The notes beneath the pieces were generated by a model. The model ran no database searches and was not told the DNA's origin. It saw nothing but the letters and a program-made list of their open reading frames with translations. From Parvularculaceae bacterium (GTDB lineage: Bacteria > Pseudomonadota > Alphaproteobacteria > Caulobacterales > Parvularculaceae), in NCBI GenBank assembly GCA_046154725.1, contig JBJXFO010000138.1:5965-69964 (forward strand): a stretch of DNA of 64,000 bases, given 5' to 3'. Shown piece after piece: positions 29,876 through 38,487 of this stretch; the first letter of the stretch is position 1; each line of letters opens with the position of its first letter. A program made the position numbers and the translations under genes.

Positions 29876-31093
29876 TTAGTTGGCCTTACTTCCATTGCCG
29901 CGGCCCTTGGGCGTGTGCTTTTGTAAGGTCGGCATCTGGCGTTTCATGAACCCGTCGAAGAGCGGAACCGAAAAGCCGGTTTCACCATGGCGTTGGCTCC
30001 AGACCATGCCTTTGGCGATTAGTTGGGCGCGAACCGGGGCAACTGTCGATGCCTCTACGCCCAACATTGCGGATATGTCGCCAGTCTTGTGAGGGCCTGC
30101 TCCGAGTTCTGCCATTGCGCGTAAATATTTCTGTTGCAGTCCGGTCAGGCGATCAAAGCGGACGCGAAAAAAGTTCCTGTCAAGATGATCGATAACGCCG
30201 GGCGTTGAGGCGTCAACGTCTTTCTTGGAGATTGGGCTTTTCTTTGCGGTATTCCAAATGTGAAATCCCCACTCCTGCAAGAAGTAGGGATACCTGTCGG
30301 TAACCCGCAAAATCGCGCTGACGGCGTCGGAATTAATGGCGGCGCCTTCGTCTTTTATAGGTATTGTGATCGCCAGCGTGGCTGCGTCAGCCGTCAGCTT
30401 GTCGATCTCCGGATAGTTGAAAAGGCGTTCAGCGTAAGACTTCGCATTACCCGCAAGGGCGGCAATCTGGGGAAGGCCTGCGCCTACAAAGATCAAAGGA
30501 AGGTTCTTTTGCGCAATTTCGTGGCATGCAACAACAAGGGCGGCCAGTTCCTTCGGTGAAAGATATTGGACCTCGTCGATGAAGAGTCCAATCGCTGTCT
30601 TTCGTTCTGCCGCGGCCTCTGCGATGGCGAGCAACAGGTCTGGCAGGTCTTGTTCAAGGTCGCCGCTGTCGGCGCTGCCCGGCGACGGCTCAAGTCCAAA
30701 CTCGATTTCGCCAATCTTCACCTTGAAAACGGACGCGAAGTTTCGAAGCGCCATCACAGCGGTGCGCATTGTATTGCCTGCTGACAACTTCAAGTCGAGC
30801 GAGTAGAGAATTCGGCGAAGTTCAGGCGCGAGTAGTGCTGGCAAAACGCCGCCTTCGGGCGCTTCAATCTTTGCGGTCTTGATGCCTTTTTTGTTGGCGA
30901 TTTCGAGCAGGCGATTAAGGAGGACGGTTTTACCAACGCCGCGAAGTCCGAGCAGCATCAGGCTCTTGACCGGCCGACGCTGTTTGATCCGGTCAAAGTC
31001 GATCGTCGCGTCCCCAATGAGCGCGTCCCGGCCGGCAAGCTGCGGCGGTTGCAATCCGGCGCCTGGCGCAAAGGGATTTTTCGAACGGTCCAT
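29876..31093 (-). CDS. AAA+/STAND-like ATP-binding protein with C-terminal winged-helix domain, unknown function
   Basis: N-terminal NPFAPGAGLQPPQLAGRD, Walker A GLRGVGKTVLL, Walker B IGLFIDEVQ and a C-terminal wHTH-like segment (QQKYLRAMAELG..KTGDISAMLGVEASTVAPVRAQLIAKGMV). GC content is about 50-55% by hand count, against more than 65% in the flanks. Confidence 0.7.
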   Translation of the reverse strand: MDRSKNPFAPGAGLQPPQLAGRDALIGDATIDFDRIKQRRPVKSLMLLGLRGVGKTVLLNRLLEIANKKGIKTAKIEAPEGGVLPALLAPELRRILYSLDLKLSAGNTMRTAVMALRNFASVFKVKIGEIEFGLEPSPGSADSGDLEQDLPDLLLAIAEAAAERKTAIGLFIDEVQYLSPKELAALVVACHEIAQKNLPLIFVGAGLPQIAALAGNAKSYAERLFNYPEIDKLTADAATLAITIPIKDEGAAINSDAVSAILRVTDRYPYFLQEWGFHIWNTAKKSPISKKDVDASTPGVIDHLDRNFFRVRFDRLTGLQQKYLRAMAELGAGPHKTGDISAMLGVEASTVAPVRAQLIAKGMVWSQRHGETGFSVPLFDGFMKRQMPTLQKHTPKGRGNGSKAN

Positions 31094-31112
31094 GACGGCG
31101 TTTATATCTAAA

Positions 31113-31149
31113 TTATCAAGTTTATCAAGGACCTTGATAAACCCGATAA
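31113..31149. promoter_or_regulatory. 37-nt near-perfect AT-rich palindrome (operator-like) upstream of the ATPase gene
   Basis: TTATCAAGTTTATCAAGG-A-CCTTGATAAACCCGATAA has 18-nt arms with 2 mismatches, centred at 31131. The core TTATCAAGG/CCTTGATAA is perfect. It lies 20-56 nt upstream of the ATG at 31093. Confidence 0.5.
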
Positions 31150-31164
31150 ACTCGATATGAACGC

Positions 31165-32829
31165 CTACCCCCGGTCGCGCCAGCCATTGGTAATCGGGTA
31201 CCGCCGGTCGCGGCCGAAATTGACGCGGGTGACCTTTGGGCCGGGCGCCGCCTGGCGGCGTTTGTATTCGGCGACGTAGAGGAGGTGCTCGACGCGGCGG
31301 ACGGTCGCTTCGTCATAGCCCTCTGCGATAATGTCCTTCACCGCCATCTCGCGCTCGACAAGGCGCTCGAGAATGCCGTCGAGGATCGCATAGGGAGGCA
31401 GCGAGTCCTCGTCCTTCTGGCCCTCGCGCAGTTCCGCCGAGGGGGCTTTGGCAATGATCCGTTCCGGGATCACCTCGCCCTTTGGTCCCTTGAGATCCGC
31501 AGCGTGATTCGCATTGCGCCAGCGGCAGAGTTTCCAGACGTCGGTCTTGTAAAGATCCTTGAGCGGATTATAGCCGCCATTCATGTCGCCATAAAGCGTC
31601 GCGTAGCCGACTGACATTTCGGATTTGTTGCCGGTGGTCAACACCATCGGCCCGAATTTGTTGGAGATCGCCATCAGGACCAAGCCGCGAACGCGCGACT
31701 GGATATTCTCTTCCGTCACATCCGGCTCGCGGCCCGCAAAGGCGGGCGCGAGCATAGCGCCGAAAGCCTCGGCCGCCGGCTCGATCGGTATCGTTTCATA
31801 GGCGACGTCAAGCGCTTTCGCGCAAGCTGCCGCGTCGACGAGCGAGGATTGCGCGGTGAAACGCGATGGCATCATTACGCATCTGACGCGGTCAGCCCCC
31901 AGCGCATCGACGGCAATCGCCGCCGTCAACGCTGAATCAACCCCGCCCGAAAGTCCGATGACGACGCCCGGAAAGCGATTCTTGTTGACGTAGTCCCGCA
32001 CGCCCATGACGACGGCGCGATAGACCATTTCTTCGCTGTGCGGCCAAACGGCTTCTGGCCCGGCAACGCATTCCCAGCCGTTTCCTTGCTTTGTCCATTC
32101 GGTCAGGAAGACGCCGCGCTCGAACTGCGGCGCGCGATACTGCACGGCGCCGGCGCGGTCCATGATGAAGCCGGCGCCGTCGAACACCACCTCGTCCTGC
32201 CCTGCCAGCTGATTGACAAACATCAGCGGCAGGCCGGTCGCTTTCACGCGCGCGCCTGCGGCGGCCTCGCGTTCATCAAGCACCGTTACCCGAAACGGCG
32301 AGCCGTGGGGCACGATGAAGAAATCGGCGCCGCTTGCGGCCAGCGCTTCGCCCGCGCCCGGCAGCCACATGTCCTCGCAGATCATGAGACCGAGCGACGC
32401 GCCCCGGAACGGCGTTGGCTCGGGATAATCCGGACCCGGCGTAAAGCGGCGCGGCTCATCGAAGACGCCGTAATTCGGCAATTTGACCTTGCGGACGATT
32501 GACTGGATCGCGCCGCCGTCAAGCAGGAGCGCGGCGTTATAAAGCGCGTCGCCCTCGCGCCAAGGTGAGCCGACAATCATCGCCGGTCCGCCGTCGGCGG
32601 TCGCGGCGGCAAGACTCTCCACGGCCTCGCGGCACGCGCGCTGGAACGCCGGCTTGGCGACCAGGTCCTCGGGCGGATAGCCGCAAATTACGAGTTCGCA
32701 AAAGACCGCAAGGTCGGCGCCGAATGCCGCCGCCTCGGCGCGCGCGGCGACGATCTTCGCCAAATTGCCGGCGATATCGCCGACAACAGGGGCGATCTGG
32801 CAAAGGGCGATGCGCAGGCGGCTCGGCAT
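31165..32829 (-). CDS. nadE: glutamine-dependent NAD+ synthetase
   Basis: An N-terminal nitrilase-type domain (RIALCQ.., CED.W) is joined to a C-terminal NAD synthetase domain (GLSGGVDSAL). The ATG at 32829 gives MPSRLRIALCQ. Confidence 0.9.
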   Translation of the reverse strand: MPSRLRIALCQIAPVVGDIAGNLAKIVAARAEAAAFGADLAVFCELVICGYPPEDLVAKPAFQRACREAVESLAAATADGGPAMIVGSPWREGDALYNAALLLDGGAIQSIVRKVKLPNYGVFDEPRRFTPGPDYPEPTPFRGASLGLMICEDMWLPGAGEALAASGADFFIVPHGSPFRVTVLDEREAAAGARVKATGLPLMFVNQLAGQDEVVFDGAGFIMDRAGAVQYRAPQFERGVFLTEWTKQGNGWECVAGPEAVWPHSEEMVYRAVVMGVRDYVNKNRFPGVVIGLSGGVDSALTAAIAVDALGADRVRCVMMPSRFTAQSSLVDAAACAKALDVAYETIPIEPAAEAFGAMLAPAFAGREPDVTEENIQSRVRGLVLMAISNKFGPMVLTTGNKSEMSVGYATLYGDMNGGYNPLKDLYKTDVWKLCRWRNANHAADLKGPKGEVIPERIIAKAPSAELREGQKDEDSLPPYAILDGILERLVEREMAVKDIIAEGYDEATVRRVEHLLYVAEYKRRQAAPGPKVTRVNFGRDRRYPITNGWRDRG

Positions 32830-32946
32830 GCCGCTGAGTTTAGAGCGAATGACAGCGGAAGGACTAGGGACTTGGGAATAGGGTTTGGCAGAAAAAAAGT
32901 GCCCGGCGCGTAAAGCACCCAATCCCCAGACCCTAATCCCTCAACG

Positions 32947-34254
32947 TTACTGCGCGCCGCGATACGCGTGCGGAAGATCGCCGCGCGACAGGTCTCTGTA
33001 CCGGTTGCGGAGCAATGTCTGGCGCGATCCGAGCGAGGTCAGCCGGCCGTCAATCAGCACCGCGACGGGACGTGATGAGGTCTCCAAAGGGTCGCCGTCC
33101 CAGATGACGACATCGCCGGCCTTGCCGATTTCGAGACTGCCGTAGCGGTCGGCGACGCCGAACATCCGCGCCGGATTAATCGTCAGCGCCGCGAGCGCCG
33201 CTGGATAGGGGAGCCCGTTCGCGACGGCGTTCCCCGCAAGCTGCGGGAGAAGGCGCAGATTATGCGTGCCGGACGGCGCGTCATAGAAGGCGATCAACAC
33301 GCCCGCCGCCTGCAGCCGCGCGGCGTTCGCGAGCGTTGCGCCGAGGTCTTCAAATTGCGCCGGCAGATTGAGCAACGGATTCAAGATCAACGGAATGTTC
33401 GCGCTCGCAAGTTCGCGCGCGACGAGATGCGCTTCCGAGCCGCCGAGGATGATCGCGTTGACGCCGTACTGCGCCTTCAGGCGGATCAGCGCGCGAATGT
33501 CCGCGGCGCTGTTGAGGCTGATGACGAAAGGCTGGCCGCCGCGCGCGGCTTGCCCCAGCGCCTTCAGATCGTTGATCGACAGTCCGTCGGGGCGCGGCCG
33601 CAAGACATAGGCGCCCGGGCTCGCCGCGTAGACGCGCGCCTCGTCAAGCGCGTCGCGGAGCGCGGCCCACGCGCCGAGCCGCGTGTCGGCGTTACGCGCG
33701 GCGCCCTGATAGCCCATCGCCGCCGATTGCGCCGCCTGCGGACGAATGAGCGAATCGGGCCGCCCCGACAGATCGACGATCGCGCCGAATCCGCCGAAGA
33801 TTTTGTCACCGGGCTCAGGCGCCGTCACGGCTCTGGTGATCCCGCCGGCGCGGTTGACTGCGATTAGCGTCGAGGATGGATTGAACGCGTCCGCCGCGTC
33901 AAGCGAGGCGCTGAATGGAAACTCGCCCACGGGTCCGGCATCGTTCGCCTCCTTGTCCAGGCCGATTTCGGCGAGGCCCAATTGCGACCACGGCGCAAAA
34001 AGGCCCGGCGTTACAATGCGCCCTTTCGCATCAATGACGCTCAGTCCGGCCGGCTCGGGAAGGTCTTGGCCGATCGCCACGACGACGCCGCCGCGAACGA
34101 TCACGTCGGCGTTTTCGATGAGACCGCCATTCGCGCCGGACATTGTGTAAAGCTTGGCGTTCTGGACAACCATGTCCTGCGCGATCGCCGGCGCGGCGGC
34201 GAGCGCAAACGCGCCCGCAAGGATCAGTTTTTTCATCGTCGCTTTCATCGTCAT
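32947..34254 (-). CDS. secreted amidohydrolase family protein
   Basis: Signal peptide (KKLILAGAFALAAAPAIAQD) and amidohydrolase-fold ends (GGVVVAIG..., GSLEIGKAGDVVIWDGDP). Confidence 0.8.
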   Translation of the reverse strand: MTMKATMKKLILAGAFALAAAPAIAQDMVVQNAKLYTMSGANGGLIENADVIVRGGVVVAIGQDLPEPAGLSVIDAKGRIVTPGLFAPWSQLGLAEIGLDKEANDAGPVGEFPFSASLDAADAFNPSSTLIAVNRAGGITRAVTAPEPGDKIFGGFGAIVDLSGRPDSLIRPQAAQSAAMGYQGAARNADTRLGAWAALRDALDEARVYAASPGAYVLRPRPDGLSINDLKALGQAARGGQPFVISLNSAADIRALIRLKAQYGVNAIILGGSEAHLVARELASANIPLILNPLLNLPAQFEDLGATLANAARLQAAGVLIAFYDAPSGTHNLRLLPQLAGNAVANGLPYPAALAALTINPARMFGVADRYGSLEIGKAGDVVIWDGDPLETSSRPVAVLIDGRLTSLGSRQTLLRNRYRDLSRGDLPHAYRGAQ

Positions 34255-35756
34255 TGTCCCGCCCCGCCGGTGAAGCCTTGTCCCTGTTGTCCGATTTCAA
34301 AATCCATCCGCGGCGATCGCGTGAGGTCACTCATGTCATAGAGGAGCGCGCCGTCGATGAAGACCTTTTCCACTTTTGCGTAGACGGAGAATGGATTGGC
34401 CGACCATAAAACGACGTCCGCCATTTTGCCGGCTTCGAGCGAGCCTGTCCGCTCGCCAATCCCCATGGCTTTGGCGGGGTTCGAGGTGATCCACGAGATC
34501 GCCTTTTCCGGAGCGATTTTCAGGCCCATGCGATTGCCGTCGGCCATCGCCTTTCCGGCTTCCTGGTTGAGGCGCTGGATGCCGTTTTGGTCGTCCGAAT
34601 GGATAATCGCGCAGCCGCCCGTCGGCGCGGCAACAAGCGCGGCGTTCTCGCGGATCGCGTCATAGGCTTCCAGCTTGAAACCCCACCAGTCAGCCCAGAC
34701 GGCTGCGCAGATCTCATTTTCTGCGAGAAGGTCAGCAACCTTGTAAGCTTCGACCGCGTGGTGGAACGTGGTGACTTTATAGCCGAATTCCTTCGCCATA
34801 TCGATGACGAGCGCCATCTCGTCACCGCGATAGCAATGCATGTTGACGAGGATGTCGCCGTTCAGCGCCAGCGCCAGCGTTTCAAGCTTCAGATCGCGTA
34901 ACGGCGCTTCGGGTTCCTTCGCCGGCTCTGCGCTTTTGGCGGGCTTGCCGCCGTTCTTCTTGTCGTACGCGTCGCGGTCAACCCAGTATTTCTCCCATTT
35001 CCGCTTGTATTCGGCAGCTTCAATCCACGCCGCGCGATAGCCGGCGAAATTGCCCATGCGGGTCGAGGGTCCGCCCTGTTCGCCATAAACACGCTTGGGG
35101 TTTTCTCCGCACGCCATTTTGAGGCCGTAGGGCGCATCGGGAAACTTCATGCCCTGAACCGTCCGTGAAGGGACGTTTTTCAAGGTGACCGAGCGCCCGC
35201 CGAAAAGATTGGCGGAACCCGGCAGCACTTGCAGCGCGGTGACGCCGCCGGCGAGCGCGCGCGTAAAGCCGGCGTCCTGCGGCCACACCGAATGCTCAGC
35301 CCAGACTTGCGACGTATTGGGGGCTGTCGCCTCGTTGCCGTCTGAGGTCGAATCCGTTGACGGTGAGGGGTAGTCGCCAAGGTGCGAGTGAATGTCGATG
35401 ACGCCGGGCGTCACCCATTTGCCTTTGGCGTCAATGATTTTAGCGCCGTCCGGCGCTACGGTGTCCGCGCCGCCGACGCTCGCGATCTTTCCATCCGCCA
35501 GTACGACGACGCCGTTGTCGATCCGGGTTCCGGCGCCGGTCAGGACCGTCGCGCCGCGAATGACAGTCACGCCCGAAGCATAAGGCTGATAGGTCGAGGG
35601 GTAGGGGTCCGACGCCCAGCGGCTTTGCTTTGCTTCAGCGCCGCTTGCGGCAGAGTTCTCGCCGTCTTTCGTCCCATTTTTACCTTGCGGCGCGCACGCC
35701 GCAGCCACGGTCAGCGCGACAATGGCGCTCGCCCGCATCAATCTCGCCAAGTACAT
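34251..35756 (-). CDS. secreted amidohydrolase family protein (lipoprotein-type signal)
   Basis: TVAAACAP lipobox-like signal, metal-binding GVIDIHSHLG and C-terminal GSLEAGKMADVVLW. An ATGA overlap joins it to the downstream paralogue. Confidence 0.8.
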   Translation of the reverse strand: MYLARLMRASAIVALTVAAACAPQGKNGTKDGENSAASGAEAKQSRWASDPYPSTYQPYASGVTVIRGATVLTGAGTRIDNGVVVLADGKIASVGGADTVAPDGAKIIDAKGKWVTPGVIDIHSHLGDYPSPSTDSTSDGNEATAPNTSQVWAEHSVWPQDAGFTRALAGGVTALQVLPGSANLFGGRSVTLKNVPSRTVQGMKFPDAPYGLKMACGENPKRVYGEQGGPSTRMGNFAGYRAAWIEAAEYKRKWEKYWVDRDAYDKKNGGKPAKSAEPAKEPEAPLRDLKLETLALALNGDILVNMHCYRGDEMALVIDMAKEFGYKVTTFHHAVEAYKVADLLAENEICAAVWADWWGFKLEAYDAIRENAALVAAPTGGCAIIHSDDQNGIQRLNQEAGKAMADGNRMGLKIAPEKAISWITSNPAKAMGIGERTGSLEAGKMADVVLWSANPFSVYAKVEKVFIDGALLYDMSDLTRSPRMDFEIGQQGQGFTGGAGQ

Positions 35757-35877
35757 CTGGAATTTACCCCTGCTGTCACGAATCGGACGTAACTCTAGAC
35801 CATTTTCCCTGCGATAAAAGCTGGGCGCGACGAGCCGAATGCGCCAGTTTTACGCCATCAAGCGAGGGGATTGCCCA

Positions 35878-37599
35878 ATGACGCCTATTACGCGCCGCGC
35901 CGCCTTGTCCGCCGCTCTCGCCAGCGGGGCTGCCGCCTGCGCGAAGGCGCCGGTGAAAACGCCCTTCAGCGCAGCCCCGGCGGGCGCTGGCGGCATGTTT
36001 TCGCATGGGCTAGCCAGCGGCGATCCAACGCAAGACAGCGTCGTGATCTGGTCGCGCCTGACTACCCCGACGCCGGACCCCGTCGCCGTCGTCTGGGAAA
36101 TCGCGGAGAGCGAAAATTTTGCGCGGCCCGCCGCCAGCGGCGAGGTGCGCGCGTCGGCGGAGAACGACTTTACGCTGAAAGCCGTTCCTGCGGGTCTCAA
36201 GGCCGGTCAGACCTATTATTACCGGTTTCGCGCCGGCGACACGGTCTCGCTAACGGGGCGTACACGGACGGTTCCGGAGGGGCGCACTGATGCTGCGCGC
36301 TTTGCCATTGTCTCCTGCTCGAACTATCCGTTCGGCTATTTCAATGTCTACGATCGCATCGCTCGCGAGACGAGCCTTGACGCCGTGATCCATCTTGGCG
36401 ATTACATTTACGAGTATGGCGTGACGAGTTATGGCGGCGAGTCGGGTAAAGCGCTGGGCCGCAATCATGAACCGTCGCACGAGATACTGACGCTCGCCGA
36501 CTATCGCCGGCGGCATGCGCAATACAAGTCCGATGCCGGGTCGCAGGCGATGCTCGCCGCCCATCCCCTGATCGCCATCTGGGACGATCATGAAACTGCG
36601 AACAACACCTACGCCGGCGGCGCCGAAAATCACGACCCGGCGACAGAGGGCGACTGGAGCGCGCGCCTGCGCAATGCGCTGCAAGCCTATTATGAGTGGA
36701 TGCCGGTGCGCGAGCCCCAGCCCGGTGCGCTGCGCGAAGCTTTGTTCCGCGCCTGGAGCTGGGGCGACCTGTTGACGCTGGTCTCACTTGAAACGCGCCT
36801 GATGGCTCGCAGCGCTCAATTCGAATACGATCAGATCGTCCCGACACTGACCGATGCGGCCGCGGTGTCGAAGTTTCGCGACGAGATTTTGTGGTCGCCG
36901 GACCGCGAGATGCTGGGGCAGGCGCAACTCGATTTCATCGCGAAGGCGCTTGAGAAATCGGCGCAGCGCGGCGAGCCTTGGCGCCTCATCGCCAACCAGA
37001 TCATCATGGCCAAAGTGACAGCGCCCAATCTCGAGCCGCATGTGACCGAAGCCGATATTGTGGCGCTGGAGAAGGAGTGGGATCAGGCGCGCGCCTTCAT
37101 CAAATTTTCAACCCTGGGATTACCGACCAATCTCGACGCCTGGGACGGATATCCGGCCGCGCGCGAGCGGCTCTATGATATGGCGCGCAGCGCCAAGGCG
37201 GAGGGATTGATCGTTGTCACGGGGGACACTCACACCTGGTGGGCAAACGATTTGAAAGCCAAAGGCGGCGCGCATATGGGCGTCGAGTTAGGGGTTCATT
37301 CGGTCACCTCGCCGTCGCCCTATCGCCGCGCGTTTCTCGGCGGCAAGGGCGCCGAATACGCGCTGCTGACCAATCAGGAGAACCCGGATGTGCGCTACCT
37401 CTCCGGTGAAGATCACGGCTATATCGACCTGTCACTGACACGCGAGGCGGCGGTCGCGCGTTTCATCGCCGTCGATACGGTCGAAGCCCCAGCGTATATG
37501 GCGTTTGAAAAGGCAGCGTTCACAATCAAAAGGTCGGGCGGCGCCGCGCAATTCGCCGACGTTGACGGGTTGTCGGTTGAGGAGCGGGCGTTGTTCTGA
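35878..37599 (+). CDS. phoD: alkaline phosphatase D (PhoD) family protein, Tat-exported
   Basis: The ATG at 35878 gives the Tat motif MTPITRRAALSAALASGAAACA. PhoD-like metallophosphatase motifs are present (FAIVSCSNY, HLGDYIYEY, IWDDHE, TGDTH). Confidence 0.85.
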   Translation: MTPITRRAALSAALASGAAACAKAPVKTPFSAAPAGAGGMFSHGLASGDPTQDSVVIWSRLTTPTPDPVAVVWEIAESENFARPAASGEVRASAENDFTLKAVPAGLKAGQTYYYRFRAGDTVSLTGRTRTVPEGRTDAARFAIVSCSNYPFGYFNVYDRIARETSLDAVIHLGDYIYEYGVTSYGGESGKALGRNHEPSHEILTLADYRRRHAQYKSDAGSQAMLAAHPLIAIWDDHETANNTYAGGAENHDPATEGDWSARLRNALQAYYEWMPVREPQPGALREALFRAWSWGDLLTLVSLETRLMARSAQFEYDQIVPTLTDAAAVSKFRDEILWSPDREMLGQAQLDFIAKALEKSAQRGEPWRLIANQIIMAKVTAPNLEPHVTEADIVALEKEWDQARAFIKFSTLGLPTNLDAWDGYPAARERLYDMARSAKAEGLIVVTGDTHTWWANDLKAKGGAHMGVELGVHSVTSPSPYRRAFLGGKGAEYALLTNQENPDVRYLSGEDHGYIDLSLTREAAVARFIAVDTVEAPAYMAFEKAAFTIKRSGGAAQFADVDGLSVEERALF

Positions 37600-37650
37600 C
37601 GAGGCGCGTTGATTGATGGACAAGCGAAAGCGCGTCGCGGGCGCCTTATG

Positions 37651-37798
37651 CCACCCCCTTGCGGGGAGGCCAAAACCGCGCAGCGGTTTTGGGTGGGGGC
37701 TGCTACGCTGGAATTTGAAGGCATCGCTCGCGGATAGGACCTACCCCCACCCGAAATTTGCAAAGCAAATTTCGACCTCCCCGCAAGGGGGAGGTGGG
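37651..37798. repeat. composite intergenic hairpin element (REP/RIME-like)
   Basis: The terminal inverted repeats CCACCCCCTTGCGGGGAGG (37651-) and CCTCCCCGCAAGGGGGAGGTGG (-37798) each contain a CCCC-N4-GGGG hairpin. Two perfect internal hairpins are CCAAAACCGC-GCA-GCGGTTTTGG (37670-37692) and GAAATTTGC-AAA-GCAAATTTC (37753-37773). Confidence 0.5.
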
Positions 37799-37863
37799 AC
37801 GCCGGGCCGCAATTTGCTTGCGCAGACTATCGATTTGTATACGTCCCCCCCATCCCTCGCCCG

Positions 37864-38487
37864 ATGGAGACATACTCCAACCCCGCAATGGCAGAAGGGA
37901 ATAGAAAGGCCGCGATGTCGACCTGGATCAATAAGACCGTTGAGCGCGCGTCATGGCTCCACTTTGCGCTCTGGTTTGCAGCCTGGTGGGCAGTCAGCTG
38001 GTTCTTCTTTTATCGCGACAGCGCCTGGACGCGCTCGCTTTCGGCGGGCGGCGGCAAGCTTCCTGAAAGCCAGGCGGGCTTCCCGCCGATCGAGCCGCAG
38101 CGCTCGTTCGATGCGCTGAATGCGGCCGGCGCGACGCCTGATTATATTCTCTGGCAAGCGCTTGATATTCCCTTCGCGCTGATCAGCGCCATTTCGCAGA
38201 TATCGATCATGGCGCTTGCATTGCGCGCGACGCGGCAAGGCGCGGGGCCGTTGCGATTTCTGCTTCTCGTGCCGCCACTCTATGTCGCGGCCGAGCTTGT
38301 CGAGAATGCGCTTGTTGCCGCGTTCGCGGCGGAGGTTATCGCGCCCGCTGAAGGCGTCGTCCTCGTTCAGCAACTCGCAACGACGATCAAGCTCGGCGCG
38401 GGCTGGGGCTCCGTGGGGATTGCGCTTGTTGCCCTTGCGGTCGCGCTCATTGCAGGGCTTGTCGGACTGGTTAAAAAGCGCGGATGA
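37864..38487 (+). CDS. hypothetical integral membrane protein
   Basis: 207-aa ORF with about 5 hydrophobic helices (WLHFALWFAAWWAVSWFFF.., LLLVPPLYVAAELVENALVA.., GIALVALAVALIAGLVGLV). Its stop overlaps the next gene's ATG (ATGA). I recognised no family. Confidence 0.5.
   Translation: METYSNPAMAEGNRKAAMSTWINKTVERASWLHFALWFAAWWAVSWFFFYRDSAWTRSLSAGGGKLPESQAGFPPIEPQRSFDALNAAGATPDYILWQALDIPFALISAISQISIMALALRATRQGAGPLRFLLLVPPLYVAAELVENALVAAFAAEVIAPAEGVVLVQQLATTIKLGAGWGSVGIALVALAVALIAGLVGLVKKRG

Noticed and set aside
35773-35790. Possible PhoB (Pho box) site upstream of phoD: CTGTCAC-GAAT-CGGACGT
   Set aside because: Only the first heptamer matches the CTGTCAT-N4-CTGTCAT consensus. The second half matches 4/7, which is too weak to call without comparative data.
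37613-38119. 168-aa ORF spanning the hairpin repeat element and the start of the membrane-protein gene
   Set aside because: Its N-terminal half is a translation of the palindromic repeat (Pro/Gly/Arg-rich) and the rest overlaps a better hydrophobic ORF in another frame.
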